Part shown: piece by piece, positions 33,454-44,498 of the stretch
How positions within the stretch are numbered: the stretch's first letter is position 1
Layout of the letters: the number at the start of each line of letters is the position of its first letter
Origin: an uncultured delta proteobacterium
Lineage (GTDB): Bacteria > Desulfobacterota > Desulfobacteria > Desulfobacterales > Desulfosalsimonadaceae
Assembly: GCA_963826785.1 (NCBI GenBank)
Contig: CAWGYD010000006.1
Location: forward strand, 992,001-1,056,000
Direction of reading: 5' to 3'
DNA: 64,000 bases
The notes under the pieces: model-generated
Told to the model about the DNA's origin: nothing
The model's database searches: none
What the model saw: only the letters and a program-made list of their open reading frames with translations
Translations under genes and position numbers: made by a program

Positions 33454-34026
33454 ATGAATTCAATCAAAGTCAAGGACATCATGGTCCCGCTGGCGGATTA
33501 TGCCGCGGTCTCCCAGGATGCGGACCTCTACCAGGCCCTGTGTGCGCTGAAAGAAGCGCATGTGAAGTTTCGCCAAAGCCCCTACCTGCATCGGGCCGTG
33601 CTGGTTTTTGATGACAAAAAGCGGGTCGTGGGCAAACTGGGGATGCTGGATGTGATCCTGGGTCTGGAACCCGGGTACAAGGATGTCGACCTGGAGAAAT
33701 TTGCAAGCCTCGGGTATGGGGAGCACTTCACCAGATCCGCCTTGGAGAAATACCGCCTTTGGCAGAAACCATTAGACGATCTCTGCCATAAGGCCTCCCG
33801 TATCCGGGTGAAAAATATCATGAACGCCCCTTCCAAAGGTGAATTCGTGGGTCAGGACGCAGGCCTGGACGAGGCCATGCACCAGTTTGTCATCGGCCGT
33901 CATCAGTCTCTGCTGGTGATGGATCATCATAAGGAGATCGTGGGGATTCTGCGACTGACCGACGTGTTCAATGAGATCTGCAGCGCCATGGAGGCGTGCC
34001 GCCGCGATACGGATGAACAGAGCTGA
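33454..34026 (+). CDS. CBS-pair domain protein
   Basis: VKDIMVP, VLVFD..VVGKL..LD, VKNIM, IVGILRLTD. Confidence 0.88.
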   Translation: MNSIKVKDIMVPLADYAAVSQDADLYQALCALKEAHVKFRQSPYLHRAVLVFDDKKRVVGKLGMLDVILGLEPGYKDVDLEKFASLGYGEHFTRSALEKYRLWQKPLDDLCHKASRIRVKNIMNAPSKGEFVGQDAGLDEAMHQFVIGRHQSLLVMDHHKEIVGILRLTDVFNEICSAMEACRRDTDEQS

Positions 34027-34088
34027 ACATACGAGTTTTTGAATATTTTTAGTTTTGTTACCAAGTTGTTACATCAAGGGAGATCGGA

Positions 34089-35570
34089 ATGGAAGCAAAC
34101 AGCAACGGCACACCGCAGGCCATCAACTGGAGTCGCCTCATCTTCATGTCAATCGGGGTTCTGCTATTTGCAGTGGTCTATTACTCGCCTTCATGGCCGG
34201 ATGCGGTGGACCCCCTGGGGGCGCATTTCGCCTTGAGCCGCGAAGGAAAGGGCGCACTGGCCCTGTTCCTGTGGGCGGGCACCTGGTGGGTGTTCGAGGT
34301 GGTCCCCATCGGCATCACCAGCCTGGTGATCGGCGCCATGCAGGCCCTGTTCCTGATCCGGCCGGCCAAGGAAGCGTTCAAGGATTTCATGGACCCGTCG
34401 GTCATGTTTATCTTTGCATCGGTGGTCATCGGGATGGTGTTCACCAAAACCGGCCTGACCCGGCGCCTGGCCTATAAAATGCTCTCCATCGTGGGGGAAA
34501 AGACCAGCCGCATCTACCTGGGATGCTTCGTGGTGACCGCCGCACTCACCCACCTGATGGCCCACACGGCCGTGGCCGCCACCATTTTTCCGCTGCTGGT
34601 CTCCATTTACGCGCTTTACAGCGAGGATGACGAGCCCTCCAACTTCGGTAAGGGGCTTTTTATGGGCATGGCCTACGTGGCCGGTGCCGGCAGCATCATC
34701 ACCCTGCTGGGCGCGGCCCGGGGGGCGGTGGCCATCGGGTTCTTCAACCAGATCGTGGGGAGAAACGTCTCCTTTTTCGAGCTGTCCTATTTCATGGCGC
34801 CGGTGGGCTGGCTGATGGTGTTCATCCTGTGGGGCTATTTCCTGCTGGTCCTGCCGCCGGAAAAAAAGGTCATCCCGGGACTGCGGGAGCGGGCAAAGCG
34901 CCTGTCCGCGGAACTGGGCGGCTTCACCCGGGGGGAGGTCATCGCCATGGTCATCGTGTTTTCGGTCATCCTGATCATGAGCCTGCGATCGTTTGTCCCC
35001 GCCCTGGCGCCGTTTGACAAAACCGCCATCATCCTGGTCTCCACCATCCTGTTTTATGTGTTCGGCATTTTAGACATCCAGGACCTGGAGGAGATCCCCT
35101 GGAACATCATCCTCCTGTTCGGCGGGGCCATGAGCATCGGCTTCTGCCTGTGGGAAACCGGCGCCGCCAAATGGATGGCCATCAACTGGCTGACCCTGTT
35201 TCAGAAAGCCCACTGGTTCATCTTCGTCATGAGCATCTCCTTTTTCGTGCTGATGATGACCAACTTCATCATGAATGTGGCGGCCATCGCCATATCGCTC
35301 CCCGTGGCGCTGGTGATCGCGCCTTACCTGGGGGTATCGCCGGAGGTCATTTTCTATGCCTCCCTGGTGGTGGCCGGCATGCCCTTTCTGCTGCTGGTGG
35401 GCGCGGCGCCCAACGCCATCGCCTATACCTCCAGGCAGTTTACCCCCGGGGAATTTTTCAAGTATGGCCTTCCCGCCAGCCTCATCCTGCTGGTGGTGCT
35501 GGGATTTACCATTCTGGTGATCTGGCCGATGATGGGCATGCCCATAACCATCGCACCGACCATCGGGTGA
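34089..35570 (+). CDS. SLC13/DASS family anion:sodium symporter
   Basis: WWVFEVVPIGITSL, WNIILLFGG, MTNFIMNVA, AAPNAIAY; many TM segments. Confidence 0.9.
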   Translation: MEANSNGTPQAINWSRLIFMSIGVLLFAVVYYSPSWPDAVDPLGAHFALSREGKGALALFLWAGTWWVFEVVPIGITSLVIGAMQALFLIRPAKEAFKDFMDPSVMFIFASVVIGMVFTKTGLTRRLAYKMLSIVGEKTSRIYLGCFVVTAALTHLMAHTAVAATIFPLLVSIYALYSEDDEPSNFGKGLFMGMAYVAGAGSIITLLGAARGAVAIGFFNQIVGRNVSFFELSYFMAPVGWLMVFILWGYFLLVLPPEKKVIPGLRERAKRLSAELGGFTRGEVIAMVIVFSVILIMSLRSFVPALAPFDKTAIILVSTILFYVFGILDIQDLEEIPWNIILLFGGAMSIGFCLWETGAAKWMAINWLTLFQKAHWFIFVMSISFFVLMMTNFIMNVAAIAISLPVALVIAPYLGVSPEVIFYASLVVAGMPFLLLVGAAPNAIAYTSRQFTPGEFFKYGLPASLILLVVLGFTILVIWPMMGMPITIAPTIG

Positions 35571-35703
35571 AAAAGAGAGTTGGACGGATATTAATGTATG
35601 TGAATGCGGCCGGAAGCCGGACATATTGGAATTTTCGACAGGAAAACCGCCGGGTCGGCGGCAATGCGGTCTGATACATATAAAATAGAGAGGAGGCCCT
35701 CCC

Positions 35704-36135
35704 ATGGTCACCACGGTCCTGTTGGTCGATGATGAAGCACCATTTGTCGAAACCCTGAGCAAGCGGCTGGCCAAGCGTGAACTTAAAGTCCTGACCGCCC
35801 TGGGCGGAAAGCAGGCGCTGGACGCGCTGGACGCGAACAAAAAGGTGGATGTCGTTATCCTGGACGTGAAAATGCCCGAGATGGATGGAATTGAAGCTTT
35901 GAAGGAAATCAAGAAACGCCATCCCCTGGTGGAGGTGATCATGCTCACCGGCCATGCCACCGTGGAATCGGCCATCGAAGGGATGCGGCTGGGGGCGTAC
36001 GACTACCTGATGAAGCCCTGCGAGATGGATGTGCTCATCGGAAAAATCAACGCGGCCAAAAGCAAGAAAAGGACCCATGAAGAAAAAATCATGGAAGCAG
36101 AGGCTTTCAAGATTTCCATGCGCCGGGGCGATTGA
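35704..36135 (+). CDS. Single-domain response regulator (receiver)
   Basis: LLVDDE, ILDVKMP, MLTGHA, YLMKP. Confidence 0.92.
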   Translation: MVTTVLLVDDEAPFVETLSKRLAKRELKVLTALGGKQALDALDANKKVDVVILDVKMPEMDGIEALKEIKKRHPLVEVIMLTGHATVESAIEGMRLGAYDYLMKPCEMDVLIGKINAAKSKKRTHEEKIMEAEAFKISMRRGD

Positions 36136-36179
36136 TCTCAATTATTGATCTGATCTTTTGCGCCGGAAAATCCGATAAT

Positions 36180-36626
36180 CTATCTGCCCTTCCTGAACAC
36201 CGCGTGAGGCGATGAGATCAGTTCCTTCATCTTCGCCTCGGTAATCTTTTCCTCGTGTCTTTTTTTCCGTACATAGGCCTCGTTGATCTTGGCGATGAGT
36301 TCATCCGTCTCACACGGTTTGATCAGGTAATCCATCGCCCCAAGCTTCATCCCTTCGATGGCCGATTCCACGGTGGCCTGCCCGCTGAGCATCACCACTT
36401 CGGTCAGGGGTTTGATCTTTTTGATTTCCCGAAGCGCTTCGATGCCGCTCATGCCGGGCATGGCCACATCCAGGATCACCACGTCGATATGGGAATGACT
36501 GATCTTTTCCACCGCATCATGGCCGTTGAAGCAGACGTGGACATCATAGTCCCGGATGGACAGCCGCTCCCCCAGGGTCTGGGCAAAACTTTGTTCGTCG
36601 TCGACGATCAGGATTTTCGGTATCAT
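36180..36626 (-). CDS. Single-domain response regulator (receiver)
   Basis: LIVDDE, ILDVAMP, MLSGQA, YLIKP. Confidence 0.92.
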   Translation of the reverse strand: MIPKILIVDDEQSFAQTLGERLSIRDYDVHVCFNGHDAVEKISHSHIDVVILDVAMPGMSGIEALREIKKIKPLTEVVMLSGQATVESAIEGMKLGAMDYLIKPCETDELIAKINEAYVRKKRHEEKITEAKMKELISSPHAVFRKGR

Positions 36627-36898
36627 GGCAAAAATTCCCTTTTTTGACGTTTATGACCGCCATTCTTCCGTTCTCATTCAAATATAAGTGTTTTCTTCGG
36701 GAAAACCAGTGGTTGCCCGCAGGCATAGCTTCTTCATGCGTCAGGCCCGATCCTTCACCCGGGGCTTGATAATTCTTGGCAGATATCATACCCATAGATT
36801 CCTTGATCCGTTGTTGAATGGATCGGCCGGCACGGCGCTGTCAGGATGATAACAGATTGTGCCGATCATGTTGTTTTAATTGGAATGTATTTTCCCTG

Positions 36899-39800
36899 AT
36901 GGGACGTTTCATCATAAAATTTCTTGCTGCTTTCGCCCTTTTTCTGTCAGCGTTGATCCTCCTGGCGGTGATCGGGGTCCATGTTTACCTGAAAACCGAT
37001 CAGGCAGGGCGATGGATCAAAGAGAAGGTCAACGCGTCCATTCCCGGGCATATCGAATGGGATCAGGTCGATATCTCCCTGCTGAAGGGAAAACTGGATG
37101 TAAAAGATGCCATGATCGAGGATCCGGAGGGCCAACCGGTCATTGCCGCACAGCGGCTTTTTATCGATATTAGTCTTCTGGGGATGTTCGGCGGAAATCT
37201 CACCATTGAATCCGCGCAGCTGGCGCATCCCCGGGTGCTGCTGGAAACCGACCGGGAGGGGCGGCTCAATCTGGCCCGGGCCTTTTCGGCGCCCGGCCGC
37301 AAAACCCCTGCGCCGGAAACCCGGTCCGAATTTCCATTCAACATCTTCGTTGACGATCTTGAGATCACCGACGGGACCTTCAAATACCAGGCCGAGCCCA
37401 ATGCTTCCGGCCAGGCACCGCAGTTTGTCGTTCTGGAGCAGATTGATCTGCGCATCGGGCATGCCGATCTGGCGGGCCGGACCGGCCGGATCGATGCGGC
37501 CGTCAAGGCCGGTGCTTTTAAGATGGCCGGTATGGAAACCCGCCTGGAGCAGTTTGAATTTAAAACCGAACTGGACCGGGGCCGCCTGGAGCCGATTTTG
37601 CTCAATATCCGCACCACCGGACCCAACCTTAAACTCACCGGCTCGGTGTCCAGCGTATTTGATCAGCCCTTCCTGAATGTCGATCTCGATCTTGCCGCCG
37701 ATCTGGACCTGGTTCAAAAACTTTTTGCCCCCAGCACCCGTTTGCCGGTCCCATCCGGGTCAGGCTTGCCCTGTCGGGTGATCCGAACAATCCAAAAGCG
37801 CAACTGGATGCCGATTACGGCGGCGGCAGCCTGGCGGGCGTTTTGCTTGCCGGCGCGAAGTTAAACGCCCGCATGGAGGACCGTGCACTTCAAATCGACA
37901 GCCTGGATGTGGACACCGGCCGGGGGGATGTGCGCGCCGCCGGCCGCATCGACCTGAAATCGGCCTTTTCCCGGGGGCTGCTGGGCGGGTCAGTGGACGT
38001 GGAAAAGATCGCCTATGATCTTGATTTGAACAGCGTTTCTCTATCTCTGGAAAGCATCCCCTGGATCGCCGGTATCCTTTCCGGGCAGATCAGCGGCACA
38101 TTGAAGTTTACCGGCACCGGTGTTTCTCCGGGCACCTTGTCCGCCCAAGCCGCAGCGGATCTGGCCTCCCCGGATTTTGCCATCAGCGGCGCGCTTTCGC
38201 CCACCGGCGTGGGGCTATCCGGCAGTGCCCGCATGGCCGGCGGCACCATTACCGCCGCCCCCCTGATAATCGCCGTCAGCGGATCTTCCGCATCCATCGA
38301 TGGTGATTATCACCTCTTCGGCAATGCGCTGGATGCGGGTCTGATCATTGACAGCCCCAACCTGGCCCAGATCCTGGAACCCTTTGGCGTGAAAGCCGCC
38401 TCCGGGCCCTCGAAACTGACCGGCAAGGTCAAAGGGCCGGTGATGAACCTGGCCGCAGACGCCGAAGTGGAATCGAAAAATCTGTCCTACCGGAACTGGA
38501 GTGCCGGCGACACCCGGGCTGCGCTTAGACTGCTGCCCTCGGGCAGTCTGGTGATCGAGCGGCTCAGCATCGAAAATCACGGGTCGCGCCTGGATGCTGC
38601 CGGCACTATTCACCTGTTTGACCACAGTTTTGCCCGTTTCAATGGCGACCTGCCCGCCGACCTGACGGTCGAGGCGTTGCAGCTTGACCCCGGTGATTTC
38701 ATCTCCGGCTTAAACACCCAGGGAAATGTCAGCGGAGAACTGCGGGTGACCCGGAGCCTGACGGCTCCGGATGCAAAAATCTCCCTTACCGGCAAAGACC
38801 TGGGATACCATGGCGCCCGGATCGGCGAGGTGACGGCAAGGGCCGCCCTTTCAGGCGGAAAGGTCCGCCTGGAGCGCATCGATATTCAAAACAAGCAGTC
38901 CCGGCTGAGCCTGTCCGGCGCCGTGGATCTTTTTGAACCCGGCACGCTTACCCTCAAAGGGTCGCCGTCCACGGACCTTGAACTAAACGGCAGCACCATT
39001 GAAATCGGCAATTTTACGGATGCGGCCGCAGGAAGCCTTTCCCTGGAAGGCCGCTTTACGGGATCACCCGGCACGCTTTCGGGCAAACTGGAGTTGTCCG
39101 GTGAAAATATTTTCGCCGCCGGGCACCCGATGGGAAATCTTACCGGCAGCATCCGGCTTCAAGATGGTACGCTCCTGTTTGCTCCCGTCATGCTTAAAAA
39201 CAAAGATTCGGATATCACACTTTCCGGCAGCGTGGCCCTGCTGGCGCCCGGGACGCTGGGCCTGAAGGAAAATCCCGGGCTGGACCTGTCCTTGTCGGCA
39301 AAATCAATCCAACTGGGCGATTTTGATGATGCACTTTCCGGCCGGATCGTAATCGACGCAAAGATCAGTGGAACCGGGTCCGGCCTGAAGGGATATCTCA
39401 ATGTGGCCGGGCAGGATATCGATACCGGCGTGCAGCGGTTTAATCGCATCCAGGTGGGCAGCCGCCTGGAGGGGCGAAAGATTTACCTGGAACCGGCGAT
39501 GCTCGAGCTGGCGCCGGGTAACCAGGTGCAGGCCCGGGGATGGATTTCACTGGACCGGGAGTATGATTTTCGCATCACCTCCGATCCCATCGGAGCGGAC
39601 AAAATCGCCGTGCTTGAAAAAGCCGGCCTTTCCGGCGGCACGCTGAAGCTGGAGATAACCGGAAACGGCAGCCTCGAAAACCCCGCCGGTTCCGGATCGC
39701 TTCAACTCAATGCCCCGGTCATGGCCGGGCGGTCCGTCCCGGATGTTCATCTGACGGCAGCGCTTAAAAATCAGGTACTCGACCTTAATGCGGATGCGGG

Positions 39801-41494
39801 GTTCAATCTGAGTGCCCGATACCATCTGGATTCGCAACAATTTAAAGCCAGCGCGGGCTTTACCGGAACCGACCTTTCGCCTTATTTCGGGCTGGCGGGT
39901 CTGGCCGATCTGGACGGCCGGCTCACCGGCAAGATGGAGGTTTCCGGGCAGGCTTTTTCCCTGAGACAGTCCACGGCCCACCTGTCCATCGCTGACCTGA
40001 TGATCCGAGACGGTCAAACCGAACTGATTCAGGCGAGAGATTTTGTCGTTGATTTGGAAAACGGCCAATATCATATTCCAAAAGAGCGCATTGCCCTGCT
40101 GGGAGAAGGATTTCTGGCCATCAGCGGCAGCGGCAGTCTGTCCGGTAATCTTGATTTTGCCGCTGACGGGGCCATCCCCGTGAGGGTGGCCACCGCTTTT
40201 TTCCCGGATATCGAAAATCCCTCCGGCCGTATCGATCTGTCGGCCGCGCTGTCCGGTACGGTGGATGACCCCCGGTTTTACGTCCGGACCACCTTGAACG
40301 ATATCGGCATGACCCTGCCGGTGTTGATGCAGCGGCTCCACCAGGTCAACGGCAGGATAGACATCGATGATGGATCCATCCGATTCGACCAGGTGACCGG
40401 CAAACTCGACACCGGGGAACTCGACATCAACGGTGCCATCTTTTTAAAAAATCTCCAGCCGGTCAATGCCGACGTGCGCATCGATGCCCGGGCGCTGCCT
40501 TTGGAGATTCCCGGGACGCTGGAACTGCAGACCAGCGCCGGAATCACCCTGAAGGGATCGGCGGCAGACGCGGTGATCGGAGGGTAAAATAACGGTTCTG
40601 GAAGGAACTTATTACCGGGATGTCAACCTGAGCCTGATTGGCGCCTTAAGCGAAATCGGACAGCGGCAGCGTCAGGTGCAGCCTCGGCAGGAAACGGTTT
40701 TCATTGATGCCCCATTTGTCCGCAACCTCAAACTGGATGTGGCCATCGGGTACCGCAGCCCATTGGTGGTGGACAATAACCTGGCGCTGCTGAACTTAAA
40801 ACCCGAACTGCGACTGGGTGGCACCCTGGCCCGGCCGTTGATCAACGGGCGGGCGGAGGTTTCCCAGGGAACAATCACCTATCGCGATACGGAATTTACC
40901 GTAAAAAAAGGGGTGGTCGATTTCGTGAATCCTTACCGGATCGAACCCAGCCTCGATATCCGGGCGGTATCCGTGATCCGTGAATACAACATTCTTTTGA
41001 CCATATCGGGAACGCCGGCCAATCTCGATTTCAAACTCAGTTCCGACCCTTTTCTGGAGGATGCCGACATCCTGTCGCTTCTGCTGCTGGGAAAAACCAC
41101 TGCCGAATTCGGCCAGGGGGGCTCAGCGGGCCGTTCCCCCGAGGAAATGCTGGCCAACCTGGTGGCCGGCCGCCTGGCCAGGGACATCGAAAAGACAACG
41201 GGGCTGGAAGTAGCGGTGGAATACGGGGGGGCGGCAGAGACACAGAGCCCCATCGGGACCAACGGGGAGAATACCGGCAGCGGCGCGGCCAGCGGAGAAA
41301 ACGTCAAGGTATCCGTGGGAAAGGAACTGTCCAGGCGTCTGGCGGTCAAATACGGGGTGGAGCGAAAAAGCGGAGAGGTGGTCCAGGAGCGCACCGCCAT
41401 CTACAAACTTCTGGAGAACCTTTCCGTCAACGCATTCCAGGATACCGAAGGGACCTTCGGGGGGGAACTCAACTTCCGGCTGGAATTCCGATGA
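36899..41494 (+). CDS. tamB: Translocation and assembly module TamB (AsmA-like), two apparent frameshifts (~37716-37740 and ~40583)
   Basis: N-terminal TM anchor, long Gly-rich beta-taenia repeats, C-terminal DUF490-like region (SSDPFLEDADILSLLLLGK, VGKELS); upstream of an Omp85 gene. Confidence 0.82.
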
Positions 41495-41566
41495 TTTGCA
41501 GCGGTAAGGCCCCCAGCTGAATTGCAGGCAGGTAAAAACTATGGGATTGAGACGAAGGGGTAACCA

Positions 41567-44368
41567 GTGACAGGCTTTCGGCCGGTATTCTGCTTGGCGA
41601 TTTTCCTTTTATTTCTCGGGGCTGTCCTTTTTCCGCCCGCTGGCCTTTCCGCCGGGCCGGTGGTTGAAAAGATCCGGATTGAAATCGTGAACCCGCCGGA
41701 CCATGCCCCAATTCGATGGGAAAAAATCGCCCGGGCGCTGATATTTTTAAAAGAAGGCGAACCTTTTTCCGATTCTTTGTTTTCCCAGTCCATACAGTCC
41801 CTTCAGAATTCCTCCATTTTTGAAAAAATCGACGTGCCGGATCCAAAAGGGTCTGAAAATGCCATAACCCTGGTATTTTACCTCACCCCGTTTCCCCGGA
41901 TCAAGGAAATCGCCGTCAGCGGCGGGTTTCCCCTGCTGGAAAAGGAAATCCGAAACGCGCTGACCATTGAAACCGGCGATCCCTTCTCCCCTGAAACAAT
42001 GGCCGCTCAGAAGCGCTACATCATCGATCTTTACAGAAAAGAGGGATACATCGATCCTGAGATCGATCTGAAAGCGAATCAGGACCCGAAAGACGGCACT
42101 GTGATCATTCACATGGATATCCACCGGGGCCGCTATTACCGTATCGATGACGTCGAATTTACCGGAAACGATGCATTTTCGGATCTGCGGCTGAAAATCC
42201 CGCTGATCACCTGGCAGTCTTCCCTGCTGTTCGGCGGCCCCTCGCGGCTGGTTGCCGACGATCTGAAGAAAGACCGGCAGACCCTGCTCAATTTATACCG
42301 GAAACACCATTACAGCGATGTGGAAATCAAGACCAGTGTCGACAAAGACCCGGCTTCGGGAAAGGCGAATATCCGATTTATCATTGATGAAGGCCCCCTC
42401 TATGAAGTGGAGATGAACGGAAATGAATTTTTCTGGGATTTTACCCTGAAGAAGGACCTTGAAATTTTCAGCCGGGGAAACGCAAATGATTTCGGGCTGC
42501 GCAAAAGCATCCGCAATATCGAAAAACGCTACCGGGATGCCGGGTTTTTAGATGCAAAAGTCGATATGGAAGATGAACCGGCATTTGACAAGGGCAACCC
42601 GGTCCGCAGAATCCGGCTCAATATCAGACAAGGCCCCCGCTATCGGGTCAGGCGCGTTGCCATCAACGGCAACCACGCATTTACCGGGGCAAAAATAAAA
42701 AAGCAGATGCTCACCGCCCCCTCCGGTTGGACTGGCGGCGGGGTCTATGTGCCGGACATATTGAGCGAAGACATTGCAGCCATCACCACGCTGTATCGGC
42801 AAAACGGATATGTAAATGCGGACATTGCTCCGGTGGTTAAGCGTAAGAATTTGCCTGAATCGAAATCGGTCAGCGTGGATATTCTTCTGAAGATCGTGGA
42901 AGGCCCGCAGACCCGGGTCTCGGATGTGACGGTCAACGGGTTGCAGATGGTGGGCGCAGAAGATGCCCGCAGGATGCTGGAACTGCCGTCCGGCACGCCC
43001 TTTGAGCCCGATCGGGTGCAGGAAAGCCGCACCCGGCTGGCCAAAAACATTTCCGAGCGGGGATATCCCTATGTTTCAGTGGATTACAAGATCGACATGA
43101 GCCCGGACCAGACCCGGGCCGATATCGTCTTTACGGTCCGGGAGGGCCCCTATGTGGAGATGGGTGATGCCTTCTTTATCGGCAATTTCAAGACCCGAAG
43201 GCAAACCCTGGCCGAGGAGATGACCCTCCTGCCGGGCCAGCCGTTTTCGCTGGAGAAGATGCTGGCTTCCGAGCGGAATATCCGGGATATCAATGCCCTG
43301 GAATCGGTGCAGTTCCAGGCCGTGGGGCTTTCGGAAAAGGCCGACCGGGTGAGTCTGCTGGCACAAGTAAATGAGAAAAAACCGTATTATCTGCAGTTTA
43401 CCACTGGATATGATACCTGGCGCCAGTTTTATATCAACACGGCGGTAGGGGATATCAATTTCCTGGGCCTGAACAAGGAGGTCAAGGCCAGCCTGGAATG
43501 GAGCCAGATCGGCTATCTGGCCCAGCTGGGGATCACGGAACCCCGGCTGCTGGGAAGCCGTATTTCCGCCACCAGTACGGTTTTTGCCGAAGAATCCGAG
43601 GAAATCAACCAGAATTTCGGGGTGCGCACCCTCGGCGCATCCGCCGGTTTTTCCCGCAGCTTTTCCGATCATCTGGACGGGGCCCTGACGTTTCGCTACG
43701 AAAATCGTGAACAGTACCGCATCGACAATTCGCCGATTCCGCCCGACGATGCCGACCTCTATGATCCCCGTTCCATCCTGGTGACCACGCCGGGCATCGT
43801 CTATACCAGCACGGATTCATTTATTCAGCCCACCCGGGGCATCTATTCCGCTTTTTCGGTGGATATCTCCAAGGGCGTAAAAAATTCTCTGGATGATTTT
43901 CTCAAGTACCGATGGGAAAACCGCTGCTACCTGACGCCCTTGAAGCGGTTTACCATCGCCCTGCGGACCCGGGTCGGCTATATCGATCCTTTCGGCCCGG
44001 AAAGCAATATCCCCGAAGACCAGCTGTTCTTCCTGGGGGGCACCACCGACGTCCGGGGATTTGCGGAAAACCAACTCCGGTTCGATGCCGACGGTGATCC
44101 GGTGGGCGGCCGGACCTCCCTGATGGGAAGCGTGGAGTTCCGTTTCGACCTCGGGATGAATTTCGAACTGGTCGCCTTCTATGACACCGGAGCCATCCGC
44201 GACCCCCTGGTCGATGCGGGTTCAGATGAATGGCGGGCGGGCACGGGCGGAGGACTGCGCTACATCACCCCCATCGGCCCCGTGGGCCTGCTGTACGGCT
44301 GGAAAGTGGACCGGAAGGAAAATGAAAGCCCCGGTGCCTGGCATTTCAACATCGGGTATACGTTTTAG
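41567..44368 (+). CDS. Omp85 family outer-membrane assembly protein (BamA/TamA) with multiple POTRA domains
   Basis: Signal peptide, repeated F.GN..F / Y...GY POTRA motifs, FFLGG..DVRGF, TPIGP, terminal IGYTF. Confidence 0.92.
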   Translation: MTGFRPVFCLAIFLLFLGAVLFPPAGLSAGPVVEKIRIEIVNPPDHAPIRWEKIARALIFLKEGEPFSDSLFSQSIQSLQNSSIFEKIDVPDPKGSENAITLVFYLTPFPRIKEIAVSGGFPLLEKEIRNALTIETGDPFSPETMAAQKRYIIDLYRKEGYIDPEIDLKANQDPKDGTVIIHMDIHRGRYYRIDDVEFTGNDAFSDLRLKIPLITWQSSLLFGGPSRLVADDLKKDRQTLLNLYRKHHYSDVEIKTSVDKDPASGKANIRFIIDEGPLYEVEMNGNEFFWDFTLKKDLEIFSRGNANDFGLRKSIRNIEKRYRDAGFLDAKVDMEDEPAFDKGNPVRRIRLNIRQGPRYRVRRVAINGNHAFTGAKIKKQMLTAPSGWTGGGVYVPDILSEDIAAITTLYRQNGYVNADIAPVVKRKNLPESKSVSVDILLKIVEGPQTRVSDVTVNGLQMVGAEDARRMLELPSGTPFEPDRVQESRTRLAKNISERGYPYVSVDYKIDMSPDQTRADIVFTVREGPYVEMGDAFFIGNFKTRRQTLAEEMTLLPGQPFSLEKMLASERNIRDINALESVQFQAVGLSEKADRVSLLAQVNEKKPYYLQFTTGYDTWRQFYINTAVGDINFLGLNKEVKASLEWSQIGYLAQLGITEPRLLGSRISATSTVFAEESEEINQNFGVRTLGASAGFSRSFSDHLDGALTFRYENREQYRIDNSPIPPDDADLYDPRSILVTTPGIVYTSTDSFIQPTRGIYSAFSVDISKGVKNSLDDFLKYRWENRCYLTPLKRFTIALRTRVGYIDPFGPESNIPEDQLFFLGGTTDVRGFAENQLRFDADGDPVGGRTSLMGSVEFRFDLGMNFELVAFYDTGAIRDPLVDAGSDEWRAGTGGGLRYITPIGPVGLLYGWKVDRKENESPGAWHFNIGYTF

Positions 44369-44407
44369 CAGGTGTCGCGGATCAGCCGCGACAGTGGAAA
44401 AAGATAT

Positions 44408-44495
44408 AATGGAATATTGGAATATTGGAATGATGGAATGATGGGGTTTTAGCCGATCTGGTTTACCCAATTTTCCAATTTTCCATTATTCCATT
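44408..44495. repeat. 8-bp tandem repeats (TGGAATAT/TGGAATGA x4) with an inverted counterpart array
   Basis: tggaatat-tggaatat-tggaatga-tggaatga-tgggg ... cccaattttccaattttccattattccatt. Confidence 0.8.
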
Positions 44496-44498
44496 GTT

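Noticed and set aside
44408..44495. Possible CRISPR array
   Set aside because: 8-bp units without unique spacers and no cas genes in the window
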